The notes under the pieces were generated by a model. That model was not told the origin of the DNA. It made no database searches and worked only from the letters and a program-made list of their open reading frames with translations. DNA of 64,000 nucleotides from a virus. Where the stretch lies: IMG/VR virus record IMGVR_UViG_3300006033_000025. The stretch is one strand, 5' to 3'. This document shows positions 1 to 9,080 of the stretch, piece after piece (within the stretch, counting starts at the first letter, position 1; the number at the start of each line of letters is the position of its first letter). The position numbers were made by a program, and so were the translations under genes.

Positions 1-311
1 GAGATCTCCTTGCGACGATCGCCGTTGCCGTTGGCGCCGACGATGCGTGCAAGTTCGTCCTGGTTCTTGATCTGTTCATCGAGCGGAAAGTCGATCGCGA
101 TGACGCGGTGGATCAGCTCGCAGAGGTCGTCCTCGTCGAAGAAGAACTCCAGGTCAGTCGCGTGCTCGTGGCAGGCCGCCTGGATCTTGGTGAGGTCCGT
201 GAGGATCTCTTCGCTCTCGATCTTGAGGTTGCGCCCAGACCAGCTGCCGTGCATGCACTCGTGGTAGATACCATCGAGGTCCATGTCACCGACGACGTCG
301 TCGACCGGCAT
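1..311 (-). CDS. hypothetical protein, N-terminal part only (gene runs past window start)
   Basis: ATG at 311..309; GC3-rich frame MPVDDVVGDMDLDGIYHECMHGSWSG... runs open to position 1; absent from ORF track because truncated. Confidence 0.5.
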   Translation of the reverse strand, partial: MPVDDVVGDMDLDGIYHECMHGSWSGRNLKIESEEILTDLTKIQAACHEHATDLEFFFDEDDLCELIHRVIAIDFPLDEQIKNQDELARIVGANGNGDRRKEI

Positions 312-358
312 CAGGATGTCGTAGCTGACTTTGACGCGCTTCAGCTTCAGTTCAGGAT

Positions 359-691
359 TCACCGGGCCTCCGGCTGGTCTTTGTTCTCTGGCACCTCATC
401 GTCTTCGACGGGCACCTGGGCCTCCAGCGGCGGCATGATGTCGCGGAAGACGATCTCTTCCGGGACAAGGAAGTTGACCTGTCGCTCCTTGCGTGTGTTC
501 ACGTAGAGGCGACGCAGCTTGTTCGCACCGAGGTCACGGCACAGCAGGATGGTGTTGTAACCCTCCTTGGTTCGCGAGATGGCGATGAACGCCGACTCGG
601 TCTCCTTGCCATTGGTGAAACGGAAGAACTCGCCCGGCTGCACCTGACCGATGCCGACAGAGACGATGGGATCTTTGATAGTGATCTTCAC
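359..691 (-). CDS. hypothetical protein
   Basis: track ORF 359..784; N-terminus is R-rich junk, likely GTG start at 691 overlapping upstream stop (GTGA); VKITIKDPIVSVGIGQ... Confidence 0.5.
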   Translation of the reverse strand: MKITIKDPIVSVGIGQVQPGEFFRFTNGKETESAFIAISRTKEGYNTILLCRDLGANKLRRLYVNTRKERQVNFLVPEEIVFRDIMPPLEAQVPVEDDEVPENKDQPEAR

Positions 692-957
692 TTGCAGTGC
701 TCCTGGACATGGGACTTCGCGAGTCCGAGTGAATGGGCGATGTCTTTCAGCGGGGAGGCTTTGCCGTCCCACTCCCATCCACACTTGCGTGCGATGGCCT
801 CGTACCGCGTGATCGGGATCTTGTTCGCGTACACGAACTGCGCCGTCTCGAAGCGCAGACGACGCGTCAGTTCGAAGTGTCCTGCGCCCTCAGCTGCGTC
901 TACTGCGCAGATGAGAGCTTCGAGGACGTCTTCGTTCTCTTCGTTTTGGTTGCTCAC
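688..957 (-). CDS. small helix-turn-helix-like protein (possible DNA-binding regulator)
   Basis: 89 aa, GTG start with GTGA overlap; C-terminal KDIAHSLGLAKSHVQEH resembles an HTH. Confidence 0.5.
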   Translation of the reverse strand: MSNQNEENEDVLEALICAVDAAEGAGHFELTRRLRFETAQFVYANKIPITRYEAIARKCGWEWDGKASPLKDIAHSLGLAKSHVQEHCK

Positions 958-1571
958 CAGTACCTCATGCGCTTGATGGTTTGGGTTGTTTCGGCATTGA
1001 ACGTGTACGTGAGGCGTTCGCCGTCCGAGACCGCTTGTGCGTCCTGGATGACATCGGCGAGCACTTTCGAAAAGAGATGCAGCAGCGCGAGAGCCTCGGG
1101 AGGTGAGTTCTCTGCGGCAACACGGGTAACGTGGTGCGCAGCCTCTTTATCCGTATGGAAGCCATTCGGTTTCTCCGAGTCTTCGTCGATGCGCTCGATC
1201 TCTAGCACACCTGTGCTGTCGAGGTCGAAGATGTCCCAGCCGAGGCGATCGTGCCCAGGCGGGCACCAACGTTCCTTGATGAAGGCATCAGTCAGATCGA
1301 GCGACGCCTTCGGGTTGAAGGTGCGCAGCGTCGCAGCGCTGATCGGGCCGGCTACAGCGTGCTGCGCCAGCTCGTACGGCGGAACCACGATACCTTTCCA
1401 GGTCCAGTGGCAGCCGTTCTTGTCGTTGATGCGGCCCCAGTTGGCACGGTCTGCAAAACACAGAAGAGCCTGCCGGTGTGTCGCCGGCAGGCTCTGAAGT
1501 GCACGATCCCAGATCTGGCGCTCAGCAGCCTCAGTCGCTGGACTCTTTGGTGTGGACGTGTCGGTGCTCAT
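954..1571 (-). CDS. hypothetical protein
   Basis: 205-aa ORF in GC3-rich frame, ATG start. Confidence 0.6.
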   Translation of the reverse strand: MSTDTSTPKSPATEAAERQIWDRALQSLPATHRQALLCFADRANWGRINDKNGCHWTWKGIVVPPYELAQHAVAGPISAATLRTFNPKASLDLTDAFIKERWCPPGHDRLGWDIFDLDSTGVLEIERIDEDSEKPNGFHTDKEAAHHVTRVAAENSPPEALALLHLFSKVLADVIQDAQAVSDGERLTYTFNAETTQTIKRMRYW

Positions 1572-1678
1572 GCGTGTGTGTCTCGTTGCGTTTGATGATT
1601 TTGAACGGGCGCCACCGCGACAGTGCGATGGCGATCAGGAAGAAGAACAGCCAGTGCCACCATGGCGCGGCCATGAGG
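1499..1678 (-). CDS. possible small membrane protein (overlaps start of 954..1571)
   Basis: 59-aa ORF MGLAEYLMAAPWWHWLFFFLIAIAL... with a clear hydrophobic helix; heavy overlap lowers confidence. Confidence 0.25.
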
Positions 1679-1681
1679 TAT

Positions 1682-1978
1682 TCAGCGAGGCCCATGTTCT
1701 TGTTTCTCCCCGTTGTACTGCTTGCGCAGTTCTGCCAGCTCTGCGAACGTCGACGACGTGTCCGTGGCAGTGCCGGGTTTGTTGTGCCCCATCCAGCGGG
1801 CTTCGATGGCCTTCCGCTGGAAGACGTGGTGGCCGAAACCGAGCCAGAAGGCTGCGATGACGTACCACTGCGCTCCGATCGTCAGGCCGACCTTCTCACC
1901 GAAGGCCGACCCGAAGATCATGAGCACGAAGCCGATCAGGCACAGCAGATCGAAGATGAAGATGCGCGTACGGCTCAC
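1682..1978 (-). CDS. small membrane protein (2 predicted TM helices)
   Basis: GTG start overlapping upstream stop (GTGA); hydrophobic N-terminal half IFIFDLLCLIGFVLMIFG / WYVIAAFWLGFG. Confidence 0.55.
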   Translation of the reverse strand: MSRTRIFIFDLLCLIGFVLMIFGSAFGEKVGLTIGAQWYVIAAFWLGFGHHVFQRKAIEARWMGHNKPGTATDTSSTFAELAELRKQYNGEKQEHGPR

Positions 1979-2703
1979 GGCTTCTTCGGCGCCGTCATCG
2001 CCTTCTGGCGGAGATCAGCAGCGGTCTTCGCTGCCATCTCCTTGCGTTCCTTCTCACGCTTCTTCTCGTAGGCCACGCGCTCCTTTGCCTTCTTGGCGAT
2101 CGCGGCCTTGTCCTTCTTGATGCGCTCATCGTACATGATGTGCAGCGCCTCTTCGATCGGGATCGCCTTCAGACCTTCCATGGGCTTGAAGTCGGGGCGA
2201 CCATTGAAGTCGGTGAGGGCTCCCTGTGCAGCCAGCCACGGGACACCGACGATGTTGTTCTTCTTGTTCCAGCTGGCGACCATGCCGTAGATGCGCAGGC
2301 CGTCCATGAAGCGGCTCATGCCGAACATCTTCACAGCGATGGCATCCCAGGTTTCGAGGACCGGGAGCTTGGCCCACTCGTCGTTCATCTTGATCGAGTC
2401 AGGGTTACCAGCGACGTTCGCACGCGGGCGAATCCAGCGAACGTTCTTGTCTTCCTTCTCGACCCAGAGAGCAGCCTTCTCGCCGAGTGCAGCGCGGAAG
2501 TTCTGCCAGGACAGATCCTTCGGCGCGAAGCCGACGATGTAGGCATCGTTTGAGACGAGGTGGTAGTCTTTGGTCGGGAGCCACGTGTCGCCGAACTTCT
2601 TCGCCGCCTTGCGCTGCTTCTCGCGCGCAGCGATGTAGGTCTTGACGATCTCAGCAGCCGGGCTGCCGGGGATGATGCGATAGTAGGTGTATGGGGTGCT
2701 CAC
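1975..2703 (-). CDS. hypothetical protein with Lys-rich C-terminus
   Basis: track ORF 1975..2862 has a junk R/G-rich N-terminus; GTG at 2703 directly follows the stop of the 2706..2900 gene; C-terminal KKDKAAIAKKAKERVAYEKKREKERKE. Confidence 0.6.
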   Translation of the reverse strand: MSTPYTYYRIIPGSPAAEIVKTYIAAREKQRKAAKKFGDTWLPTKDYHLVSNDAYIVGFAPKDLSWQNFRAALGEKAALWVEKEDKNVRWIRPRANVAGNPDSIKMNDEWAKLPVLETWDAIAVKMFGMSRFMDGLRIYGMVASWNKKNNIVGVPWLAAQGALTDFNGRPDFKPMEGLKAIPIEEALHIMYDERIKKDKAAIAKKAKERVAYEKKREKERKEMAAKTAADLRQKAMTAPKKP

Positions 2704-2705
2704 GG

Positions 2706-2900
2706 TTATGCCTTTGCCATAGCGATGGCAGCTTGGATTTGTGCGTAGAGGGCCTTCTCGTTGGCCCGGTTCATCTGTTTCATCGCCTCGAACTGGGCGA
2801 TCTGAGCGTCGATCATCATGCGCTGTGGTCCGCGCACGTTGGAGGCGCTGGCGCGGAGCCATTCTTCATCGGTCGGTCCAGAGTCCATCAGCTCCCCCAT
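2706..2900 (-). CDS. hypothetical small protein
   Basis: 64-aa ORF, ATG start, GC3-rich. Confidence 0.5.
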   Translation of the reverse strand: MGELMDSGPTDEEWLRASASNVRGPQRMMIDAQIAQFEAMKQMNRANEKALYAQIQAAIAMAKA

Positions 2901-3349
2901 GCTGCGACTTGGGCAGCTCGCAGTTCATCGTTTTGAAGGATTCGGACCTCTTCACGACGGAAGCTGCCCACGATGAGCGGGCTTCCGGTCAGGATGTCGA
3001 CGCAGAGGCCGAGGCCCGCGAACTGTGGGTGCTTGGCGATGCACCACGTGAACCGCTGCTGTTCCCACGGCGACATGTATCGTTCTGGGAAGTAGAAGGC
3101 GAGGCTCTTGTCACACGACACCGGCCGCTTGTGCAGGATGTCGTCGATGGTGCCCGAGCCGAGTTCCTTGGTGTACTCGAACTGCGAGTCGCGAGCGCTG
3201 ATGTCCTTGGCGACAAGGCACCGCCAGAGGACCGTGCTGACATCGCCACGTTTCGCATCGGCGTTGACCTGCTGCATCACCGTACGGTGGTGCTCGTGCG
3301 TGCCGAATGCCTGATCGAACATGCTGGACGCCGAAAATGCCTCGATCAT
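2888..3349 (-). CDS. hypothetical protein
   Basis: 153-aa ORF, ATG start in ATGA overlap with upstream gene. Confidence 0.65.
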   Translation of the reverse strand: MIEAFSASSMFDQAFGTHEHHRTVMQQVNADAKRGDVSTVLWRCLVAKDISARDSQFEYTKELGSGTIDDILHKRPVSCDKSLAFYFPERYMSPWEQQRFTWCIAKHPQFAGLGLCVDILTGSPLIVGSFRREEVRILQNDELRAAQVAAWGS

Positions 3350-3741
3350 GAGATGCCCTCTCGCCCATAGGCGCGGTTGATGATGTCAGGCAGGTGATCT
3401 TGCGCGTTGCGCAGATCGGTGTGATCTCCGTGGATCGCAGTGAAGAAGTCGGCGCCAGTCGGTCCAGGCCGGATGCCGACCATGACGAAGGTCATGCCGC
3501 TGACGAGTAGCTGGAACGCTTTCTGCTGTGCAGGCGTCATCTCGACGGTAGTTCCGTCGGGCCGCTGCATGACCATGGCGACCTTCTCACCGTTCGGGTC
3601 AGCCGGATCGGTGGCAGCCTGCACCAGCTGTTCGTCAGTCGGTGCAGGCTCCGGGGACGGCTCAGCGGCCTTAACCTCGACAGCATCGGGCTTCTTGACG
3701 TGGCGGCCGGAGCCAGGGAACTGGATGATCTTATCGTTCAC
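3346..3741 (-). CDS. hypothetical protein
   Basis: track ORF 3346..3849 begins with an S/T/A-rich junk stretch; likely GTG at 3741 preceded by GAAAGAA; VNDKIIQFPGSGRHVKKPD... Confidence 0.45.
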   Translation of the reverse strand: MNDKIIQFPGSGRHVKKPDAVEVKAAEPSPEPAPTDEQLVQAATDPADPNGEKVAMVMQRPDGTTVEMTPAQQKAFQLLVSGMTFVMVGIRPGPTGADFFTAIHGDHTDLRNAQDHLPDIINRAYGREGIS

Positions 3742-3874
3742 GTGGTTCTTTCTGCTTCTCAGTGGAGTGGTGGAAGTTGCGCGCACAGTATTCGCAGTTG
3801 CGATCCCCGCACTGCTTGTGGCGCTTGCCGTGTTTATTCGTCGAACCACGGCGGCTGTTGTTGGATCTGCTCAT
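3731..3874 (-). CDS. small basic Cys-containing protein
   Basis: 47 aa MSRSNNSRRGSTNKHGKRHKQCGDRNCEYCARNFHH; GAAGGA SD-like about 12 nt upstream of ATG. Confidence 0.4.
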   Translation of the reverse strand: MSRSNNSRRGSTNKHGKRHKQCGDRNCEYCARNFHHSTEKQKEPRER

Positions 3875-3875
3875 G

Positions 3876-4235
3876 CTAGTAATAGTCCTTCGGCCTTCCG
3901 GTATATTCGAGCATCTCTTTTGCATGCATGTCGAGAATATGAAAAACGTAACCGTTGAATACGTTTCGAGCACGAACGGCGTCACAGAATGGATGACCCG
4001 TGATGTGGTATGCTATGTCATACCGACAGCCGTAGTGGTTGTGCCAGATGGCGAGACGAACACGACGAGCCTCTTCAGCAGTAAGCGGGCCAGACCTCAG
4101 TAGTCCACGGATTATCTCGATGTTCTTCTTCGTCCAACCACGACCTATGATCCAGCGGCCAAAGGATGGAAACAACTCGGCAACAGCTCGCTGTGTGAGT
4201 CGTTTGCAACTAGCTGCATCTGACATGTCTATCAT
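3876..4235 (-). CDS. hypothetical protein
   Basis: 119-aa ORF, ATGA overlap. Confidence 0.6.
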   Translation of the reverse strand: MIDMSDAASCKRLTQRAVAELFPSFGRWIIGRGWTKKNIEIIRGLLRSGPLTAEEARRVRLAIWHNHYGCRYDIAYHITGHPFCDAVRARNVFNGYVFHILDMHAKEMLEYTGRPKDYY

Positions 4236-4423
4236 GTTTCGTCCTCCCGTTGTCCGAACCGGCGCACGAGGTGCCCAGTCGTGTGTGGCTTGGCGAGCCG
4301 GCGCTCAGCCTTATGTGTCGCCTTCTTCGTCGCCTTCCCTGGCTGCCCGCCCTGCTTGTTGCCGGGGCGAGCAGTCCAGTACTCGTAGCCAGGGCCTTTG
4401 GCCCCGCGCTTGGATCTGCTCAT
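4232..4423 (-). CDS. small basic protein
   Basis: 63 aa, GGAG SD, ATGA overlaps at both ends. Confidence 0.55.
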   Translation of the reverse strand: MSRSKRGAKGPGYEYWTARPGNKQGGQPGKATKKATHKAERRLAKPHTTGHLVRRFGQREDET

Positions 4424-4623
4424 TGTTTCTCCGGGTGGTAAGGTCGCTCGCCACGGAAGTACTTCGCGATCTCTGCGTTGCGCTTCCGTCGACGAGCGAC
4501 TTTGATGCGAAGGTGGATCTTCTGGGCTTGGCGCTTCCGCGCCTTCTCTTTCTCGCGCGGAGCACCCGTGTGCTTCCGTCCGATTTTACACGGCTTGCTG
4601 CGCGTCGGGTGTGGGTTTCCCAT
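4420..4623 (-). CDS. small highly basic protein
   Basis: internal ATG at 4623 preceded by GAGAGGA; MGNPHPTRSKPCKIGRKHTGAPREKEKARKRQAQK...; upstream part of track ORF is junk. Confidence 0.5.
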   Translation of the reverse strand: MGNPHPTRSKPCKIGRKHTGAPREKEKARKRQAQKIHLRIKVARRRKRNAEIAKYFRGERPYHPEKQ

Positions 4624-5395
4624 TGGTGATCCTCTCAACGAGTTCGCGCATGGAGAACATCTGCTCGACTTCGTCACCGATGTAGTACATGTTCGTTCCG
4701 AGGCTGCGCATACCCCAGTGGATGTCTGTCGAAGGCCCGATCTTGTGCAGGAACGCCACCGTGTGGTGGACACCGGACTTGTCAACGAAGACCTTCACGC
4801 GATTGTTCCGTGGGTCCTTGTGCACTTTCTCGAAGTGCTCGCTGGTGTAGAGAGGCTGGCCACGGCCACAGTACCACTCATCGAGCGTGTTCCAGCGCAT
4901 CGTGAAGCACTCGCGGATCGTCCGCTCAAGTGCTGCCTTGGACGTGAAGCTGATGGTCTCGACCGTAGCGTGGTTCACGCGGAAGATTACGTCGCGAGCG
5001 AGGCACAGCTCGCGGCAGCGCTGCTCCGCGTGGTACTCAGCATTCGCAGCGTCTGACGCTTCGAGCATGAGCGCCTGGATCTGCGCGTCGTTGTAGTTCT
5101 TGTGCCAGCGACCATCCGAATCGAACGCGCCAACTCCCTCCGGGTGGTATTGGATAGCGATTTCGCCGTCGCGCACCTTCTCGTCGACGCCCTTGCGATG
5201 GATATGCTGGCGCGCGTAGTAGGAGTATGCTTCGGTGAGCGAGCGGAAGATAGACGTTCCAACCCTGGTTTTGTCTGCCTTCAGCTCTTCGATCTTGGCC
5301 TTCGCCGTGTTCTTGGCGAGACAGTGCTTCTGGAGTGTCGCCACAGCCTTTTCGTAGGCTGCGGCGATCAGTTCCAGCGTATTGCATGCAGTCAT
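4586..5395 (-). CDS. hypothetical protein
   Basis: 269-aa ORF, GC3-rich. Confidence 0.7.
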   Translation of the reverse strand: MTACNTLELIAAAYEKAVATLQKHCLAKNTAKAKIEELKADKTRVGTSIFRSLTEAYSYYARQHIHRKGVDEKVRDGEIAIQYHPEGVGAFDSDGRWHKNYNDAQIQALMLEASDAANAEYHAEQRCRELCLARDVIFRVNHATVETISFTSKAALERTIRECFTMRWNTLDEWYCGRGQPLYTSEHFEKVHKDPRNNRVKVFVDKSGVHHTVAFLHKIGPSTDIHWGMRSLGTNMYYIGDEVEQMFSMRELVERITNGKPTPDAQQAV

Positions 5396-5396
5396 G

Positions 5397-5915
5397 TCAG
5401 ACTTTCAGAATGCACCGCTCCTTGCGCCGGGCAATGTAGCGGAAGTGTGGGACGAGTTGGAGTGCTGCGTAGACATCGTTGTCGATGCCCCAGTCACACA
5501 TCTTGTACAGGTACAAGCACATCGCGAGCGGATCACCGTTCGTGTGCTTGAGGGCATGCAGGACATCCTTGGTGCCAGCTTCGACCTCTTCCTTCGCGTC
5601 AGACGTAAGATCCCGCTGCACAAGGTAGTCGTAGAGTAGCGCGGCAACTGACTCGATCTTCGGCGCCACAGCGTCGATCGGGTCACATGGGATTCCAGGC
5701 TCGACGACTTGCGTGTCGATCTGGAAGTCCTTCACGATTCCACTGTGCTGGCAGTCGCCGCATGCGCAGAACGAATGATCGTCCCAGTGAACGTCCTGCG
5801 TGTCGCCCGTTCCAGCGTCTTCAACGCTGAACGTCGTCGTGCCGTCGATCATGAAGTCGTCTTCATGCCCACATTCGGGGCAGCGGAACCCTTCGAGGCA
5901 GTTCTCGTTGGGCAC
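5397..5915 (-). CDS. zinc-ribbon protein
   Basis: CPECGH...CACGDC Cys4 arrangement at the N-terminus. Confidence 0.65.
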   Translation of the reverse strand: MPNENCLEGFRCPECGHEDDFMIDGTTTFSVEDAGTGDTQDVHWDDHSFCACGDCQHSGIVKDFQIDTQVVEPGIPCDPIDAVAPKIESVAALLYDYLVQRDLTSDAKEEVEAGTKDVLHALKHTNGDPLAMCLYLYKMCDWGIDNDVYAALQLVPHFRYIARRKERCILKV

Positions 5916-5917
5916 GG

Positions 5918-6343
5918 TCAGGCTGCCTTCTGCACGCAGACCAAGCCGGCGCCGATCATCTGCTTCTTCAGATCGTCAGGGAGGTGCGGCATGACGGTGT
6001 TGGGCGTCAAGAGCTTGAAGACGCCGAGGTGGACGCCGAGGGCCATGAAGCACATCGCCTCGCCCTGGTCGCCGATCCAGCCGCCCAGCTCCATGTAGCC
6101 GTGTTCGCCACCGTCGATCGGGTTGCAGTCGCAGTGGTGGCCTTTGTGTTCAGCCATCAGCTTCAGGTACTCGTCCTTGTTCGGCTCGCCGACGATGGCG
6201 ACCTTGAAGAACTCCATGTTGATGGTGTGTCGTCCCTGCTGCATGTAGAACTTCGACGTTCCGGCGTCAGGGATCGGCAGGCACTTGCCACAGATGCACT
6301 CGCCCTGCTGGGTGTGCTTGGCGACGTAGTCGTGGATGTTCAT
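5918..6343 (-). CDS. Cys/His-rich hypothetical protein
   Basis: internal ATG at 6343 in ATGA overlap with upstream stop; MNIHDYVAKHTQQGECICGKC...HKGHHCDCNPIDGGEHG. Confidence 0.6.
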   Translation of the reverse strand: MNIHDYVAKHTQQGECICGKCLPIPDAGTSKFYMQQGRHTINMEFFKVAIVGEPNKDEYLKLMAEHKGHHCDCNPIDGGEHGYMELGGWIGDQGEAMCFMALGVHLGVFKLLTPNTVMPHLPDDLKKQMIGAGLVCVQKAA

Positions 6344-6786
6344 GTGCACTCCTGGTGGTGTTGGCCGGCGATGAGCCGGGCGGTGGTGACGGCCATGTCG
6401 ATGGCCTCTTCGATCTTGTAGATCGACGGATCGCTGAGACGCCACTCGGCCTCGAATGACCCGAAGGCTTCGAGCTTCCCGAGTCCGCTGATGCGGCGGC
6501 ACTGGCCGGTGATCTTGATGTTCAGGAACGGCTTCACCGTGTAGTCACGGTGATCGACGCTGGACGAACAGCGCACCTCGACGCCGATGAACGCTGTGCT
6601 GATCCTGGAACGGATGCGCTTGGCGATGGTGTTGGCAACCTCACGGCCCTGCGTGTCCATCTTCTCGTGCAGCAGCCGCTTGTTGACCTCGTGGCGCCAG
6701 CCGGCTTCGCACTCTTCCTTGTAGTTGGTCATGTGCGACTGCATGGCCTCAGCGGCTTCACGCAGCTTGACGTCGAGCTTCTTCAC
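6340..6786 (-). CDS. hypothetical protein
   Basis: 148 aa, GTG start in GTGA overlap. Confidence 0.6.
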   Translation of the reverse strand: MKKLDVKLREAAEAMQSHMTNYKEECEAGWRHEVNKRLLHEKMDTQGREVANTIAKRIRSRISTAFIGVEVRCSSSVDHRDYTVKPFLNIKITGQCRRISGLGKLEAFGSFEAEWRLSDPSIYKIEEAIDMAVTTARLIAGQHHQECT

Positions 6787-7271
6787 GTGGTTTCCTTCAT
6801 GGTGTTGAGTCGTTCTTGGACTGCGGCTTCGATGGCAGCGTCGATGGCCGTGCGGATCTCGAACAGATCAGGCTCGGCGCCGAGCTTGAACAGCACGTGG
6901 CCAGCAGCCTTGTTGTAGAGCTTGCACAGGCACGTGGCATGATGTCGGAGGTCTTCTCGTGCCCTGTCACGAGCCTGCCAAAGCTCGCGTGCCTTCTTCA
7001 ACTCGTGTTCCAGGTTTCGGCGCGACTCCGTAATCGCACATTCGACTCGGTAGCCGAGTTCACCGATTGTGTATGCCGGATGGTTGTAGCCGAGTTTGTT
7101 CAACGCAGCTGTGACAGTCGCGACCTGCTTCTCAGCTGTCTCGGCTCGCTGCCGCCAGCTCGACTTCTCGTCGCAGTGGCGGTTTATGGCGTCGCGGTAC
7201 TGCTGGAGCTTCTCTTCTGACGGAACGATGTGCGTCTTGAGGACTTCGAGGGCGTCGAGTACAGCGCTCAT
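6783..7271 (-). CDS. hypothetical coiled-coil protein
   Basis: 162 aa, AGGAAA SD, ATG start. Confidence 0.65.
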   Translation of the reverse strand: MSAVLDALEVLKTHIVPSEEKLQQYRDAINRHCDEKSSWRQRAETAEKQVATVTAALNKLGYNHPAYTIGELGYRVECAITESRRNLEHELKKARELWQARDRAREDLRHHATCLCKLYNKAAGHVLFKLGAEPDLFEIRTAIDAAIEAAVQERLNTMKETT

Positions 7272-7411
7272 GGTTTTCCTATGTTCGGATGTGGGTGAAT
7301 CGTCTCGCGTTTCATCGGCCGCTTCGCGCCAGTCGCAGCAGCCTTCTTGGCTGCCGCGAGCTGCTTGGCGATGTTCGCCTTGATCAGCTCGCGGCGTTGG
7401 TCAGGCGTCAA
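7268..7411 (-). CDS. possible small basic protein
   Basis: TTG at 7411 overlapping upstream stop (TTGA); LTPDQRRELIKANIAKQLAAAKKAAATGAKRP...; weak. Confidence 0.25.
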   Translation of the reverse strand: MTPDQRRELIKANIAKQLAAAKKAAATGAKRPMKRETIHPHPNIGKP

Positions 7412-8046
7412 TCGACCATGCCCTTCGGCACCAGCCCGGTCGCCTCGATTTCGGCCCAGGTCTTGAAGAACGGCGAGTGCCGGCGGGCCATACGGTGGGT
7501 TGCCGGGACTGGGTAGCGCCCGCACAGCGGAGCGATGTCCTTGATGCGGAAGCTGCCACCACCGCCGAGGCGCTGGTCGCTCCAGTTGTCAGCGCTGAAG
7601 CCGCGCCACTCGACGGTACAGGTGGTCTTCTTCATCGCCGTCACGACGTAGTGGGCAGCGCCATCGCCGACAGGCACCGTGAAGTGTGAGCCGACGCCGA
7701 ACTCCTTCAGCTCATTGTCGATCTCGATGGCCTTGCTCAGCCAGTGGTCACGCCACGCGTCGGTGATGACCATGTATTCCGGCATGTAGCTCTTCTCGCC
7801 GAAGGCGCCCTTCGGCGGCTTGATCTCCTGCACGGCACCGATGCGCATCTTGTAGGGCGAGCCAGTGATGATGTCGGTGATGATGTAGCAGTTCTGCGCG
7901 TAGGCACGGTTCACATCGTCTTCGGGGTACGTCTCGATCTCGCCGAGGCGGTGCTTTCCGTACTGGTTCTTGAACAGGACCAGATCAGGAAGCCCAGTGC
8001 GCGGCAGGACACCAGAGCGTGGGGTTTCAACGGTTGCAGCGGGCAT
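7408..8046 (-). CDS. hypothetical protein
   Basis: 212-aa ORF, ATG start. Confidence 0.7.
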   Translation of the reverse strand: MPAATVETPRSGVLPRTGLPDLVLFKNQYGKHRLGEIETYPEDDVNRAYAQNCYIITDIITGSPYKMRIGAVQEIKPPKGAFGEKSYMPEYMVITDAWRDHWLSKAIEIDNELKEFGVGSHFTVPVGDGAAHYVVTAMKKTTCTVEWRGFSADNWSDQRLGGGGSFRIKDIAPLCGRYPVPATHRMARRHSPFFKTWAEIEATGLVPKGMVD

Positions 8047-8260
8047 TGGTTTTCCGTGTGGTTGTGCGCGGCCATAGGACCACGCGATGGAGTTGTATGT
8101 TGTCGATGTTCTTGTCAGTACAGTCGCGCTTCAGGAAGCGGATTTCAGTCCTGGCTCGCTCGCGCCGTTCGAAGTGCGCTGTGTACCAGTATGGTCCGCG
8201 TGAATAGATGACGATCCAACGCGTGATGAACGCGTCTTTGGTCTTCTTCGACACAGCCAT
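8027..8260 (-). CDS. hypothetical small protein
   Basis: internal ATG at 8260 with GAGGGG SD, adjacent to upstream stop; MAVSKKTKDAFITRWIVIYSRGPYWY... Confidence 0.5.
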   Translation of the reverse strand: MAVSKKTKDAFITRWIVIYSRGPYWYTAHFERRERARTEIRFLKRDCTDKNIDNIQLHRVVLWPRTTTRKTNARCNR

Positions 8261-8261
8261 A

Positions 8262-8675
8262 TCAACCCCTCTTCTTCTTCTTGCCGCCACGCAGGTCCAT
8301 GCGGATGGTTGCAGCAGTCTGTTTCGGGTCACTGAACACAGCTAGAGAGGGAACGCCATCATAGTTGTTGATGCAGACGACGAAGCCGACGTAGAGTCCT
8401 GGGAGCGCGATCTTCAGGCTCGATGGTTCGTGGCAGAGTTCCATCGCGAACGTCTTCGTCTTCCCAGTCCTCACATGGTCGGCTGCTGACAGGTAGAGCG
8501 TTGTCGGCACGTAGTCCGGCGCTTCCGCGTGGCACAGCGCCCCACATTCAGGGCACTGGCCATACGGCATGATCTCGCCTGCGCTCACACGCTCGTGGAA
8601 ATCGTCGATCTCCTTGCACTGGCTCTCTGTGCCCGTCCAGTCGCAATCCTGACATGCCACGTTGACTCCGCCCAT
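8262..8675 (-). CDS. zinc-ribbon protein
   Basis: ATG at 8675 with AAGGAG SD and TAATG overlap; CQDC...CPEC Cys4. Confidence 0.65.
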   Translation of the reverse strand: MGGVNVACQDCDWTGTESQCKEIDDFHERVSAGEIMPYGQCPECGALCHAEAPDYVPTTLYLSAADHVRTGKTKTFAMELCHEPSSLKIALPGLYVGFVVCINNYDGVPSLAVFSDPKQTAATIRMDLRGGKKKKRG

Positions 8676-9064
8676 TACTTCTTCTCCTTCGCGATCTGCA
8701 CCGCGTTGTAGAGTTCGATCAGGTCTGTGACGAGCCAAACGGCAGCATCGTGAACACTGTCAAACGTATTCGAGTGCGTGTACGCATCTTCAGAGATGCT
8801 CTGCATCGCGTAGTCACCCTTGTAGATGCACGGCGAATCTGATCGCCGCGCTTCACAGATGTAGTACGCAGTGTCTGACTTGAACATCGGCCACGCCAGG
8901 AAACCGTGTTCTCGTCCATTCTGGTAGCATTCGATGCAGATGCGAAAGTCTGAATGTTCCTTGGTGTACAGTTCAGCAGGCATGTTTTCATCGCTGTTGA
9001 TGATCTGCATGGCGATCTCGATGATCGCCTGTGCCGTGATCAGCGACGAGCATTTGTACATCAT
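8675..9064 (-). CDS. hypothetical protein
   Basis: ATG at 9064 with AAAGGAA SD; MMYKCSSLITAQAIIEIAMQ... Confidence 0.6.
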   Translation of the reverse strand: MMYKCSSLITAQAIIEIAMQIINSDENMPAELYTKEHSDFRICIECYQNGREHGFLAWPMFKSDTAYYICEARRSDSPCIYKGDYAMQSISEDAYTHSNTFDSVHDAAVWLVTDLIELYNAVQIAKEKK

Positions 9065-9080
9065 GGTGCTGTTCCTTTTC

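Noticed and set aside
5984-6421. Plus-strand ORF 5984..6421 (145 aa, V/A/L/D-rich)
   Set aside because: Antisense of the Cys/His-rich minus gene 5918..6343 and of 6340..6786.
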